46,318 nucleotides of DNA from positions 1 through 46,318 of the forward strand of contig JAGLPO010000040.1 in NCBI GenBank assembly GCA_023137275.1, read 5' to 3'. Position numbers and translations under genes: made by a program. Shown in pieces: positions 8,215-17,444 of the stretch (its first letter is position 1; every line of letters starts with the position of its first letter). The notes below the pieces were generated by a model. That model saw only the letters and a program-made list of their open reading frames with translations, did not search any database and was not told the origin of the DNA. Source of the stretch: Candidatus Parcubacteria bacterium. GTDB taxonomy: Bacteria > Patescibacteriota > Patescibacteriia > Patescibacteriales > UBA12075.

Positions 8215-9495
8215 ATGAAAATTTTTTTAAGTTGTAGTTTTGATGAAGAAAGAGATAAAAAAGTAGCTGAACAACTACGGGAATTTATTTCAAAAACGAT
8301 TCCTGGTTTTATTTTAAAAAAGAAAAGGCCGGCAGTTGATATTCCTTGGCTTGAAATTAAACGCACAATAAATAAATGTCAAGGCGCTATTGTTATTTTA
8401 ACCAAACATGCGAGAGCCTTTGTCCCTGTTAAAGATGAATATGTGTATATTGGAAAAAGTATTGACTTTAATCAAAAAGATGAGAACGAATGGAAAGATG
8501 ATGAATGGAGGACAAAAGGATGGCTTTTAACAGAGGCCGCTTATTGTTTGGGGCAAAATAAAAATGTGGCTATTTTTCGTGAGCAAGGTGTTAAACAATT
8601 AGGTATTTTTGAGGCTCCTGAGTATCAGCCGTTTAGTAGAGACAAAAACGGTAATTTAAAATTAAATAAAAAAGACACAGCGCATTATCTTAAGTCTGTG
8701 TTTCAGCCGTATACAGAAGACCATGATAATTATTATATAAGCTCACGTGAGAGTTCTGTATCGATAAAAAAAGATGGCTTTAGTGAATCCGGGGATATCT
8801 TTAAAGCATGTATAGTCCCTGATAAAAAGGAAAATATTATAAAACATGAATTTTCGCTGCCTCGTGATTATAAAAATAAATTTTCTTTTAATGAAATGAT
8901 GGATAATCATAATAAAGAAATTCGAACAGATAATCCATCTTTTTTCTGTAGATTAATTGATAGTAATGTAAGTAGCGGTAAAGTAACGATGACTCCAGAG
9001 TCATGTAAAAATAGTACTAATCAACAAACAAAAAATTTTAGATTAGTTTTTTCTCCTAAACTTACTTCCGGAGATTCAGTTGTATATGCGTGGGGCTGGA
9101 CGTGTCCGCAATCTTATGTTATAACCAAAGAACATGCAAAAGAAAGAAAAAATGGTTTTCCCAAAGAAATTTGTGGGATTATTAAAGGTTTTGATGATTA
9201 TTTCGCAGTTGAGAGTAATAGGCCAACATCAAGATTATTGCTAAAAGTTTATTTTGAAGAAGGTTATCCCTTATTAGGTGTTCCTGAAATACGAATAACA
9301 AATAGTCAGGGTAGTTTAATTGATGATCATAAAATTAAAGGCGCTAATACATTTCCTCGCAAAGTAAATGAGCCGAATGGTGTAGAATTCCAAAAAGAAT
9401 GGGAAGATGGACAAGTTAAACAGCATGTGACATATTTTGTTTGTTGGAAAATAAAAAATTCTAAAAGATCAAATAATTTAACAAAATCTAAATAG
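8215..9495 (+). CDS. Cytoplasmic protein with an N-terminal TIR-like / nucleoside-2-deoxyribosyltransferase-like domain and an unknown ~250-aa C-terminal domain
   Basis: No signal peptide. MKIFLSCSFDEERDKK ... GAIVILTK ... GWLLTEAAYCLGQNKNVAIF matches the beta-alpha pattern and W..E region of TIR/NDT-fold proteins. Own extended -10 (TGCTATAAT, 8101-8109). Confidence 0.4.
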   Translation: MKIFLSCSFDEERDKKVAEQLREFISKTIPGFILKKKRPAVDIPWLEIKRTINKCQGAIVILTKHARAFVPVKDEYVYIGKSIDFNQKDENEWKDDEWRTKGWLLTEAAYCLGQNKNVAIFREQGVKQLGIFEAPEYQPFSRDKNGNLKLNKKDTAHYLKSVFQPYTEDHDNYYISSRESSVSIKKDGFSESGDIFKACIVPDKKENIIKHEFSLPRDYKNKFSFNEMMDNHNKEIRTDNPSFFCRLIDSNVSSGKVTMTPESCKNSTNQQTKNFRLVFSPKLTSGDSVVYAWGWTCPQSYVITKEHAKERKNGFPKEICGIIKGFDDYFAVESNRPTSRLLLKVYFEEGYPLLGVPEIRITNSQGSLIDDHKIKGANTFPRKVNEPNGVEFQKEWEDGQVKQHVTYFVCWKIKNSKRSNNLTKSK

Positions 9496-9509
9496 AAAGG
9501 TGGTGAAAT

Positions 9510-9551
9510 ATGAAAAATATAATTAAAAGTGAGGGTAGTTGTTCTGATTAA
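9510..9551 (+). CDS. Possible 13-aa micro-ORF (MKNIIKSEGSCSD)
   Basis: AAAGGTGGTGA Shine-Dalgarno-like sequence 5 nt upstream of the ATG, 15 nt after the stop of the TIR-like gene and before its terminator. Confidence 0.2.
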   Translation: MKNIIKSEGSCSD

Positions 9552-9618
9552 ATAAGTCTGACCCCAGAAAGCAGGTTTTATTGTAAAAAAGAAATGAATA
9601 TGTACATCAGAATCTGTT

Positions 9619-9646
9619 AAAAATCGCGCATTAGCGTGGTTTTTGA
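9619..9646 (+). terminator. Intrinsic terminator (weak)
   Basis: AAATCGCGC-ATTA-GCGTGGTTT stem with G-U pairs, followed by a T-run. Confidence 0.45.
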
Positions 9647-9659
9647 TTTGACGATTTTA

Positions 9660-9825
9660 TAATCTCTTTATACATTCTTTATAAAGATTTTATGTTTTCT
9701 TTATGATTTCTTTATAAAAATGGGGATAGTTAGTGGATAAATTTTTTAAAATAATTTAAATAATTTTAATACACAGAATTTTTATGATTTCTAAAAATAC
9801 GTCATAATTTTGCTTTAAAATTAGC
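9660..9825 (+). repeat. Direct repeat copy 2 (~165 bp), same phased box array
   Basis: Boxes start at 9664, 9675, 9686, 9697 and 9708. A 66-bp block is identical to copy 1. Confidence 0.9.
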
Positions 9826-9924
9826 TATTTTTTTAGTTTTTTTTAATTGACAAATTTGGTTTAATATGTTTAGATTATATTGGGATTAATTTTTAATGAT
9901 AGAGTTTTTGGACTCTATTTTTTT

Positions 9925-11214
9925 ATGAGTAAAAAGAACAAATTAAAACAGATTAGTGTTATTGGCCTGGGTTATGTCGGCTTGCCGTTAGCGCTTTTAG
10001 TCGATATAAAAGGCTACAGCGTAGTTGGGATAGACATTGACACTAAGAAAATAGAGCTTATCAAAAAGAGAATATCTCCATTTGAAGATAAGGCAATAAG
10101 TAAGCAATTAAAACAAAGCAGGATAGAAGTTACAGACGATTTTAGCCGATTAAAAGATTCTTCAATTGTTATTATTTGCGTACCCACGCCGGTGTATAAA
10201 AATCATATGCCGAATTTAGAGTTGGTGAAAAGCGCTTCAGAGAAAGTCGGTGAACATTTAAAAAAGGGTCAGCTTGTTATTCTGGAATCAACCGTAAACC
10301 CCGGAGTGTCAGAAGGAATAGTGCAACCCATTCTTGAGCGTACTTCCGGGCTTAAATCCGGTAAGGATTTTTATTTGGCGCATTGCCCGGAACGCATTAA
10401 TCCTGGGGATGAGAAGTGGAACGTACGTAATATAGACCGGGTCGTAGGCGCTTTAAGCGATAAGGGATTAAAGATTGCCGTAAATTTTTACAGATCTATT
10501 ATTGATGGAGATATTAAATCAATGAAGTCTATCAAGGAAGCGGAGGCAGTTAAAGTGGTTGAGAATTCTTTTCGTGACATTAATATTGCTTTTGTAAATG
10601 AATTGGCTATGTCTTTTGAAAAATTGGGGATAGATGTGGTAAATGTAATTGAGGGAGCGGCCACTAAGCCGTTTGCCTTTATGCCTCATTTTCCGGGCTG
10701 CGGTGTTGGCGGCCATTGTATACCGGTTGATCCGTATTATTTGATTGAGTATGCCAAGAAAAAAGGTTTTATTCATGATTTTCTTGCCTTGGCCAGACGC
10801 ATTAATAGTCAAATGCCGGAATACGCGGTTGAACAAGTCGTGAAAGGCTTGAATGAAAAAAAGAAATCAATTAATGGCGCCAAGGTCGCGGTTCTTGGTT
10901 TGTCCTATAAGCCTGATATTGGCGACTACAGAGAAAGCCCGTCGTTTGAAATAATTAAGCTATTAAAGAGTTATGGAGCCAAGGTGGCTAGTTATGATCC
11001 GTTTGTGCTGGAAAAGTCGTCGGTTAAATCATTAAAAGAAGCGCTTAAAGGCGCTGAGGCTGTCGTGGTTGCTACCGGCCATGCTAAATTTAAAAAGATA
11101 AGTCCTAAAATATATATTAAAAACGGCGTTAAGGTTGTGGTTGATGGCCGCAATTGTTTGAATAAAGAAAAATTTCAAAAAGCAGGGTTGGTGTATAAAG
11201 GGATTGGGAGATAA
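9925..11214 (+). CDS. Nucleotide-sugar 6-dehydrogenase (UDP-glucose/GDP-mannose dehydrogenase family), probably acting on a UDP-N-acetyl-hexosamine
   Basis: NAD-binding ISVIGLGYVGLPLA. Catalytic-Cys motif GGHCIPVDP resembles WecC/Cap5O/WbpA-type enzymes more than Ugd/HasB (GGxCxPKD), from memory. ATG at 9925 preferred over the TTG at 9880. Confidence 0.85.
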   Translation: MSKKNKLKQISVIGLGYVGLPLALLVDIKGYSVVGIDIDTKKIELIKKRISPFEDKAISKQLKQSRIEVTDDFSRLKDSSIVIICVPTPVYKNHMPNLELVKSASEKVGEHLKKGQLVILESTVNPGVSEGIVQPILERTSGLKSGKDFYLAHCPERINPGDEKWNVRNIDRVVGALSDKGLKIAVNFYRSIIDGDIKSMKSIKEAEAVKVVENSFRDINIAFVNELAMSFEKLGIDVVNVIEGAATKPFAFMPHFPGCGVGGHCIPVDPYYLIEYAKKKGFIHDFLALARRINSQMPEYAVEQVVKGLNEKKKSINGAKVAVLGLSYKPDIGDYRESPSFEIIKLLKSYGAKVASYDPFVLEKSSVKSLKEALKGAEAVVVATGHAKFKKISPKIYIKNGVKVVVDGRNCLNKEKFQKAGLVYKGIGR

Positions 11215-11217
11215 AAT

Positions 11218-11592
11218 ATGATTAAAGATAAGAGTATATACAAAAATAAAGGTTATAAGCATAAAATAGTAATTTATTTTATTGTTTTTGCTTTGTTAAT
11301 TATATTTTTTGGTAAGGCGTTTTTTGTTGAGTCTGATTATTTTTTGTTATATTTATATGGAGCTACTGTTACTTTTGTTCCTTTGGTTACTTTTTTGTTA
11401 AAAAAAGGGGGTGGGTTAACTATTCTTTGCGCATTTAACGCTTTATTCAAAAATATTAAAATAAAAAATCTGATAAAGAACTATTTCATAAGAAATAGCT
11501 TTTTATCAGATTTTTTTGTTGAACCAAAACAAAAACAAAAATACAAAATTTTTTATTTTAATTATTTTTTACCAATCATTATAATATTTTAA
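11218..11592 (+). CDS. Hypothetical small membrane protein
   Basis: 124-aa ORF, very AT-rich, two hydrophobic segments. Real coding status uncertain. Confidence 0.3.
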   Translation: MIKDKSIYKNKGYKHKIVIYFIVFALLIIFFGKAFFVESDYFLLYLYGATVTFVPLVTFLLKKGGGLTILCAFNALFKNIKIKNLIKNYFIRNSFLSDFFVEPKQKQKYKIFYFNYFLPIIIIF

Positions 11593-11626
11593 GAGATGAG
11601 AACTATGTGTCCTTTGACGCAGGGAG

Positions 11627-12937
11627 ATGTCTACAGTATATATGGCGATATTTAATAAAATAAATTTTTTTTTAAAAATTCATAGTATTAATTCATGGGT
11701 AGTTTTTTATATTTTGGTATATATAGTATTAATTATTAAGTTGATTACAATTACACAAATTGATACAGGATTTTTTTTTAAAACTTATAGCATTGTGGTG
11801 TCGCTATATATTTTGAGTCGTTTTATTATATCTTATTTTTACGACCATAAACATCCAAAATATAATATAGATTATGAACCAACAGTTGCATTTGGTATTC
11901 CTTCAAAAAACGAAGGAGAAAATATTCGCGAAACAATTTTAAGAATTGCAAATACTGATTATCCAGTAGATAAATTTGAAATTATAGCTGTAAATGATGG
12001 CTCAGATGATAATACTTTACAGGAAATGCTTAAAGCCAAAGAAATTGCTAAAAAAAATAAAAAAGTTTTAGTAAAAGTAATAAATTGGAAAAAAAATAGA
12101 GGGAAACGTGATGGTATGGCTGAATGCGTACGTCAATCAAATAGTGAAGTGATAATTTTTATAGATTCAGATAGTTTTGTTGAGCCCAATACAACAAAAG
12201 AATTAATTAAATATTTTTCAGATAAAAATGTAGCTGCTGTTGCGGGGCATGCGTATGTAGCAAATGCAAATATTAATTGGCTTACTAAAATGCAGGACGT
12301 AAGATATTATGTAGCCTTTAAGGCATACAAAGGTGCTGAGGCAATTTTTGGGGCAGTTACTTGCTGTTCTGGGTGTTGCTCTGCTTATAGAACAAAATAT
12401 GTTAGAGATGTTATGAATGATTGGTTGAGCCAATATTTTTTGGGGGTTCGTTGCACTTATGGCGATGACAGAAGTTTAACAAATTTTATATTAAGAAAAG
12501 GATATATAACATTATATAGTCCTTCTGCCGCATCACATACATTTGTGCCAAGTACATTAGCACAATTTATGAAGCAACAATTGCGTTGGAAAAAATCATG
12601 GATACGCGAAAGTCTTATAGCGGCTACATTTATATGGAAACGGCATCCAATTATGAGCACATCTTACTTGTTGGGAGTCGCGTTAACTCTATTAGCTCCT
12701 GTTGTGGTTATTCGTACCATGATTTGGTTTCCATTTAATACTGGCGAGTTTCCTTATTTTTACTTAATTGGTTTACTGTTAATGGCTACTATTTATGGCA
12801 TGTACTATTATGCTTATAAAAAAAATAATAATTGGATTTATGGTGTAATTTTTTCTCTTTTTTATACATTGATTTTAATTTGGCAACTACCTTACGCAAT
12901 TATTACGATAAGGGATACGCGTTGGGGAACAAGATAA
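11627..12937 (+). CDS. Processive family-2 glycosyltransferase, class I hyaluronan-synthase-like (HasA/NodC/chitin-synthase clade)
   Basis: DGSDD and DSDS acidic motifs, GDDRSLTN, QQLRWKKSWIRES (QxxRW) and terminal RDTRWGTR. These mirror streptococcal HasA motifs GDDRCLTN, QQNRWNKSFFRES and NTEWGTR, recalled from memory. N- and C-terminal TM helices. Confidence 0.8.
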   Translation: MSTVYMAIFNKINFFLKIHSINSWVVFYILVYIVLIIKLITITQIDTGFFFKTYSIVVSLYILSRFIISYFYDHKHPKYNIDYEPTVAFGIPSKNEGENIRETILRIANTDYPVDKFEIIAVNDGSDDNTLQEMLKAKEIAKKNKKVLVKVINWKKNRGKRDGMAECVRQSNSEVIIFIDSDSFVEPNTTKELIKYFSDKNVAAVAGHAYVANANINWLTKMQDVRYYVAFKAYKGAEAIFGAVTCCSGCCSAYRTKYVRDVMNDWLSQYFLGVRCTYGDDRSLTNFILRKGYITLYSPSAASHTFVPSTLAQFMKQQLRWKKSWIRESLIAATFIWKRHPIMSTSYLLGVALTLLAPVVVIRTMIWFPFNTGEFPYFYLIGLLLMATIYGMYYYAYKKNNNWIYGVIFSLFYTLILIWQLPYAIITIRDTRWGTR

Positions 12938-12953
12938 TTTTTAATTTTTTTAT

Positions 12954-14433
12954 TATGAAATTTAATAAACAAAAAAAAGCAATTTTTTTATTGATGTTAT
13001 CATGTTTAATTACTGGTTTTTTAATATTTGTATACCAATATTATTGGGGAACATTTTTTTGTATTAAAGGCTCTCAATTTCACAAAGATTCTATATTAAA
13101 AAAAGATATAGTTACTAAACAACAAACCATTATTAATCCATCAGGAACTATATATTATTTTAGAGATAATTTTAGTACATATGTTGAAAATTCTAAATCC
13201 TTGGAATCATTTGAGAAATTAAATAATATAGAATACGCGGATGATACTGATAGCTTAGCTCTCAGTAAAAATAGTTACAACGGAAATTATTCTTTATTGA
13301 TAAAAGTAAACGAAGAAACATCTAAAAATAATAAGAACATTACTATTGAAAAAAATTTTGATCAGCCAATTGACCTCAGCAGATGGTCTGATTTTGGTTT
13401 TTTTACTGCTTGGCTAGATATTGAAGATAGAAAAGGTTTATTAGGTATAAAATTAGTAATCGGAGATAGTAATAATGATCATAGAGAATTTAAAGAATTA
13501 CCAAATTTGCAATTAGATGTTCCCGATTCCTTTGATAATGATGATGTATTCCCAAACATAGAATATCCAGAGAGAGAATCGCCAGTAGATGAATGGACTG
13601 ATTTTAACTTACGACAAGGGTGGAATTTTTTGTTATGGAGATCTGAAAAAGGTTATTTTAAGGATAGTGGTATTTTAGATATGAGCAAGATTAGTTGGTT
13701 TAAAATTATTTTTAGAATAAGTAATGAGTTTAGGGAACAAGAAATATTGATTGATGATTTTCGCGTACAAGACGGTCTTCAAAAACAAAAAAATGCGCTT
13801 AACGGAGTATGGTATCCGCCTCATGGCAGACCTCAGTACGGAATTTTTGATGTTGACAAATATTCTGGCGAAAATTATAAATTAAAATTGTTAAATGTTC
13901 GGCAGACGCAATATCCGAGCAATGGTGATCATGGTCGTATGATTTTACGGCACAAAACACCATTAAATTTTACCATGAGGACAAGATTTATGTTAACAAA
14001 TTATAATAAAACAAATAACGTAAATACTTGGTTTCGAATGATGTATGATTTTGATCCTGTTTGGGATCCTGGACATGATTGGTTTGGTGTATATATATCT
14101 TTTGAGTGGAAAAAATTTGGTTTAATAACCGTAAAGCCAATAGAGCGTTTTTTTATTCAAGAACAAGAACCAAAAAAAGAAAATATTTTTGAATCCAGTA
14201 TAAACTTTAATCCACGTGAAAATATTTTGTATGAACTGCATTTAACTGTCATAGGGCAGAAAGCTAAGGCAACAATATACGAAGTAAGAAACGATAATTT
14301 AATAATCAAGGGCGAAGTTGAATATGAATTTACAAGATTGAGACATAAAAGTGATAAAAGATACCCATTTGCATTAGAAATTACTGGAGATGTAAAAACT
14401 ATTATAAATGAAGTTGAAATTATAGAATTATGA
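12954..14433 (+). CDS. Membrane-anchored extracytoplasmic protein with a lectin/glucanase-like beta-sandwich (unknown function)
   Basis: ATG at 12954 followed by the anchor AIFLLMLSCLITGFLIFVY. The track's upstream extension overlaps the GT2 gene. ILIDDFRVQDG-type strand is shared with downstream proteins. Confidence 0.55.
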
Positions 14434-14450
14434 AAGCGTATAAAAGAAAA

Positions 14451-14546
14451 ATGAGAAAAAGAGTATTATATATGATAATCCTAATTGCGATTCAGGCTTT
14501 TTTGTATATGCTTATTATGATAATCGAGATTATATTTCACAGTTAA
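14451..14546 (+). pseudogene. Detached N-terminal signal-anchor fragment of the polysaccharide deacetylase (frame change at a T6 tract)
   Basis: MRKRVLYMIILIAIQAFLYMLIM... ends at 14546. The deacetylase frame is open from 14444 with no ATG/GTG/TTG before 14717. Adding one T at 14498-14503 fuses the two frames. Confidence 0.6.
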
Positions 14547-14716
14547 ATTGGAGTAGTATAAAAAAAATTTATTACCCTATTTTTAAATTTAAAAATAATA
14601 ATATTACATATAGTTCTGAAAAAATTATAAATGGGACAATTCCCATTTTACTTTATCATGGAATTGTTAATAGGTCTGATGGCTCCAATACTTTAGTAGA
14701 AGATTTTAGAGATCAA

Positions 14717-16537
14717 ATGATTGCTTTAAAAAAAGCAGGGTATCAAACAATAACCTTGAAAGAATATCGCGATTTTATAGACGGGAAAAAAGAATTACCA
14801 CAAAAATCTTTTCTCTTAACTTTTGATGATGGCAGAAAAGATAGTTATTATCCCGTTGATCCTATTTTGAAAGCGTTGGATTATAAAGCGGTTATGTTTG
14901 TAATCACTGACACTTTTACACTAAAAAATAGTAATTATTATCTTTCAGTTAAAGAATTAAAGAAAATGATAAAATCTGGACGCTGGAAAATACAATCGCA
15001 TACTAAAAGCGGACAAGCCATGATAGATGTTGACGTTGACGGAAGAAAAGGAAAATTTTTTGCTAATAAATTATGGTTAAAAGATGAACAAAGATTAGAA
15101 ACGGATGAAGAATTTGAAAAAAGAATAAATGATGATTTTGTGACAGCCAAAGAAACGATAGAAAAAGAGTTTGGTATTAATGTGTACGGTCTGGCTTATC
15201 CTTATGGAGATTATGGACAAGAATCTCTTAATTATAAAGACGCTGAAAATATTGTTCCTAAAATCGCCAAATTGTATTATCCCGTAGCCTTTTATCAAGT
15301 AAATTTTAATAAAAATTTTATTGGAAATTATACAGATCAGGATATTCATTTTTCAAAAAGAATTAGCGTTAAGCCGAATTGGAAACCGAATGAATTATTA
15401 AAAATTTTAGAAGTAGGGGAAATAAAAGAACTGCCTTTTGAGGATACATTTGGTAATTACACAGGTTGGAAGAAAAATTACGGAAATTTTGAGTATGCAA
15501 ATAATAAAATGCTTTTAAATTCCAAGGAGGCGTCTACTGGGAATTTTGTATTTTTAGATGGAACTAAATCATGGCAAGATTATGCTTTTGAAGCTGATCT
15601 AAATTGGCAAAAAGGAAGCAATATTTTTCTTTTAGCAAGGTATAATGATGAATTAAATAATGTAATGTGTAATATATCTGATAAGTATATTAAAATTGAA
15701 AGTAAGATTGATGGCGAAAAAATAATTTTAAAAGAAATAAAACGAAATTTAGATATTTCAAAAGATAGTTTTAAGGCAGGTATTAAAGTTAACGGAAACA
15801 GGGTAGAGTGTTCGTTGGATAATAAAATTATTGCCTATTCAGATGAATTAAGCAATATCTTAATTAGCGGAGGAATCGGATTTAAAACATGGGACGAAGA
15901 AAAAGGTAATAGTGAGCTAATAGTTAAACATGTAAGAGTAGATGAAGAATGGAACAACACAAATCAAGTTATAGTAATTGACCCTAGCGCGCCAAAAAAA
16001 TTGCCATACGAAATTTCTTATTTTAATCAAGATCAGGGATGGAAAGCAACTTGGGGCACCTTGGAATATGATGATAAAAAATTAGTTTTAAAGTCAGGTG
16101 AAAAAAGTACCGGATGTTTAATTTTTTTAGAGGGATCTAAAGAATGGAAGAATTATTTTTTTGAAGCAAAGATTGATTGGCAAAAAGGGAATAATGTTTT
16201 ACTCGTAGCAAAATATAAAGATGACTTAAATTATGTAACATTCAATATTTCTGATAACTATTTTCGTATTGAAGAATTTGTAAACGGAGAAAAAACAATA
16301 TTGGAAGAGATTAAAGATAATATAGAATTATTAAAAAACAATTTAAATATAGGGTTTCGTGTTAACGGCAATAGATTAGAAGGCATTATTGATGATAATA
16401 TGGTTATATTTATAGATAATTCTCAACAAGAAGATAAAAACGGCGGAATTGGATTTAAAATTTGGGATCCAAACTATAATAATTCAGAATTAATTGTGAA
16501 AAAGATTAGGATAGAAAAAAATGAAAAAATTAATTAG
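14717..16537 (+). CDS. Polysaccharide deacetylase (NodB/CE4 domain) with two tandem C-terminal lectin-like (DUF1080/LamG-like) domains
   Basis: LLTFDDGRKDSY NodB motif. The conserved ILLYHGI lies upstream of the first ATG, so the true N-terminus is further 5'. Two ~180-aa repeats end in GGIGFK.WD...NSELIVK..R. Confidence 0.8.
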   Translation: MIALKKAGYQTITLKEYRDFIDGKKELPQKSFLLTFDDGRKDSYYPVDPILKALDYKAVMFVITDTFTLKNSNYYLSVKELKKMIKSGRWKIQSHTKSGQAMIDVDVDGRKGKFFANKLWLKDEQRLETDEEFEKRINDDFVTAKETIEKEFGINVYGLAYPYGDYGQESLNYKDAENIVPKIAKLYYPVAFYQVNFNKNFIGNYTDQDIHFSKRISVKPNWKPNELLKILEVGEIKELPFEDTFGNYTGWKKNYGNFEYANNKMLLNSKEASTGNFVFLDGTKSWQDYAFEADLNWQKGSNIFLLARYNDELNNVMCNISDKYIKIESKIDGEKIILKEIKRNLDISKDSFKAGIKVNGNRVECSLDNKIIAYSDELSNILISGGIGFKTWDEEKGNSELIVKHVRVDEEWNNTNQVIVIDPSAPKKLPYEISYFNQDQGWKATWGTLEYDDKKLVLKSGEKSTGCLIFLEGSKEWKNYFFEAKIDWQKGNNVLLVAKYKDDLNYVTFNISDNYFRIEEFVNGEKTILEEIKDNIELLKNNLNIGFRVNGNRLEGIIDDNMVIFIDNSQQEDKNGGIGFKIWDPNYNNSELIVKKIRIEKNEKIN

Positions 16538-16546
16538 TGTTATTTT

Positions 16547-17440
16547 ATGATTAGAATTTTACTGATATTTGCAATTTTAATTATATTGAGTGCATGCACT
16601 TTAAATATGGGCAAGCAAAATAAAGATGATAGTGCGGGTTTTGTAGATATAATTAAGTTGGCAAAAGAAAACCCGACTGTAGTTTTGACAGATTCAGATT
16701 TTAGTGACAGCTTTGATGCTGATTTAATCCTTGAAGAGACCAGGAAAATGAATGATAGTGAGGGTCTTTATTGGTGGGTAAATTCAGGAGCTTATTTTAT
16801 TCAAGAAAACGGCGTTGGCAAAACATTACAGGGAGAGCTAAGGCAGGATTCAGAATGGCAAATAAAGTATAAGGATCATAACGTGAATGAAACAGATGAT
16901 GGATTTCATCCGCAAAATATTTTTCGTCTCGTGACCAGAAGTAAGTGGCTTGATTACACGCAAGAAGTGGAATATAAAATAAATAAATATCACCTGAGTA
17001 AAGATGAGCACAGGAGCGCGTCAAACGGATTGCTTCTTTTTAATCGTTATCAGGATGGCGATAATTTATATTATACCGGCATAAGAGTTGACGGAGCAGC
17101 GGTTATAAAGAAAAAATATAAAGGCGAATATTATACCATGGATTATAAAACTATCATTGTGGATAGCAAATACGACAGAGAAACAAATCCGAATTTACTT
17201 CCGATAGAGGAATGGGTAAGTGTTAGGTCTGAGGTAAAAAATATTAATGATAAGCGAGTTGAAATAAAATTATATGTTAAATTACCAAATGATGTTGATT
17301 GGAATTTAGTGCTTGAGGCTATAGATGACGGCCAAGCTTTTGGCGGTGCTGCGATCACCAGTGAAGGTTTTGCCGGCGTTAGAACGGATTTTATGGATGT
17401 AGAATTTGATAATTTTAAAATTATCAAATTAGAAGAATAA
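16547..17440 (+). CDS. Lipoprotein with a lectin/glucanase-like domain
   Basis: Lipobox LSAC at residues 14-17. C-terminal GFAGVRTDFMDVEFDNFKII resembles the terminal strand of DUF1080-type domains. Confidence 0.55.
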   Translation: MIRILLIFAILIILSACTLNMGKQNKDDSAGFVDIIKLAKENPTVVLTDSDFSDSFDADLILEETRKMNDSEGLYWWVNSGAYFIQENGVGKTLQGELRQDSEWQIKYKDHNVNETDDGFHPQNIFRLVTRSKWLDYTQEVEYKINKYHLSKDEHRSASNGLLLFNRYQDGDNLYYTGIRVDGAAVIKKKYKGEYYTMDYKTIIVDSKYDRETNPNLLPIEEWVSVRSEVKNINDKRVEIKLYVKLPNDVDWNLVLEAIDDGQAFGGAAITSEGFAGVRTDFMDVEFDNFKIIKLEE

Positions 17441-17444
17441 AAAT

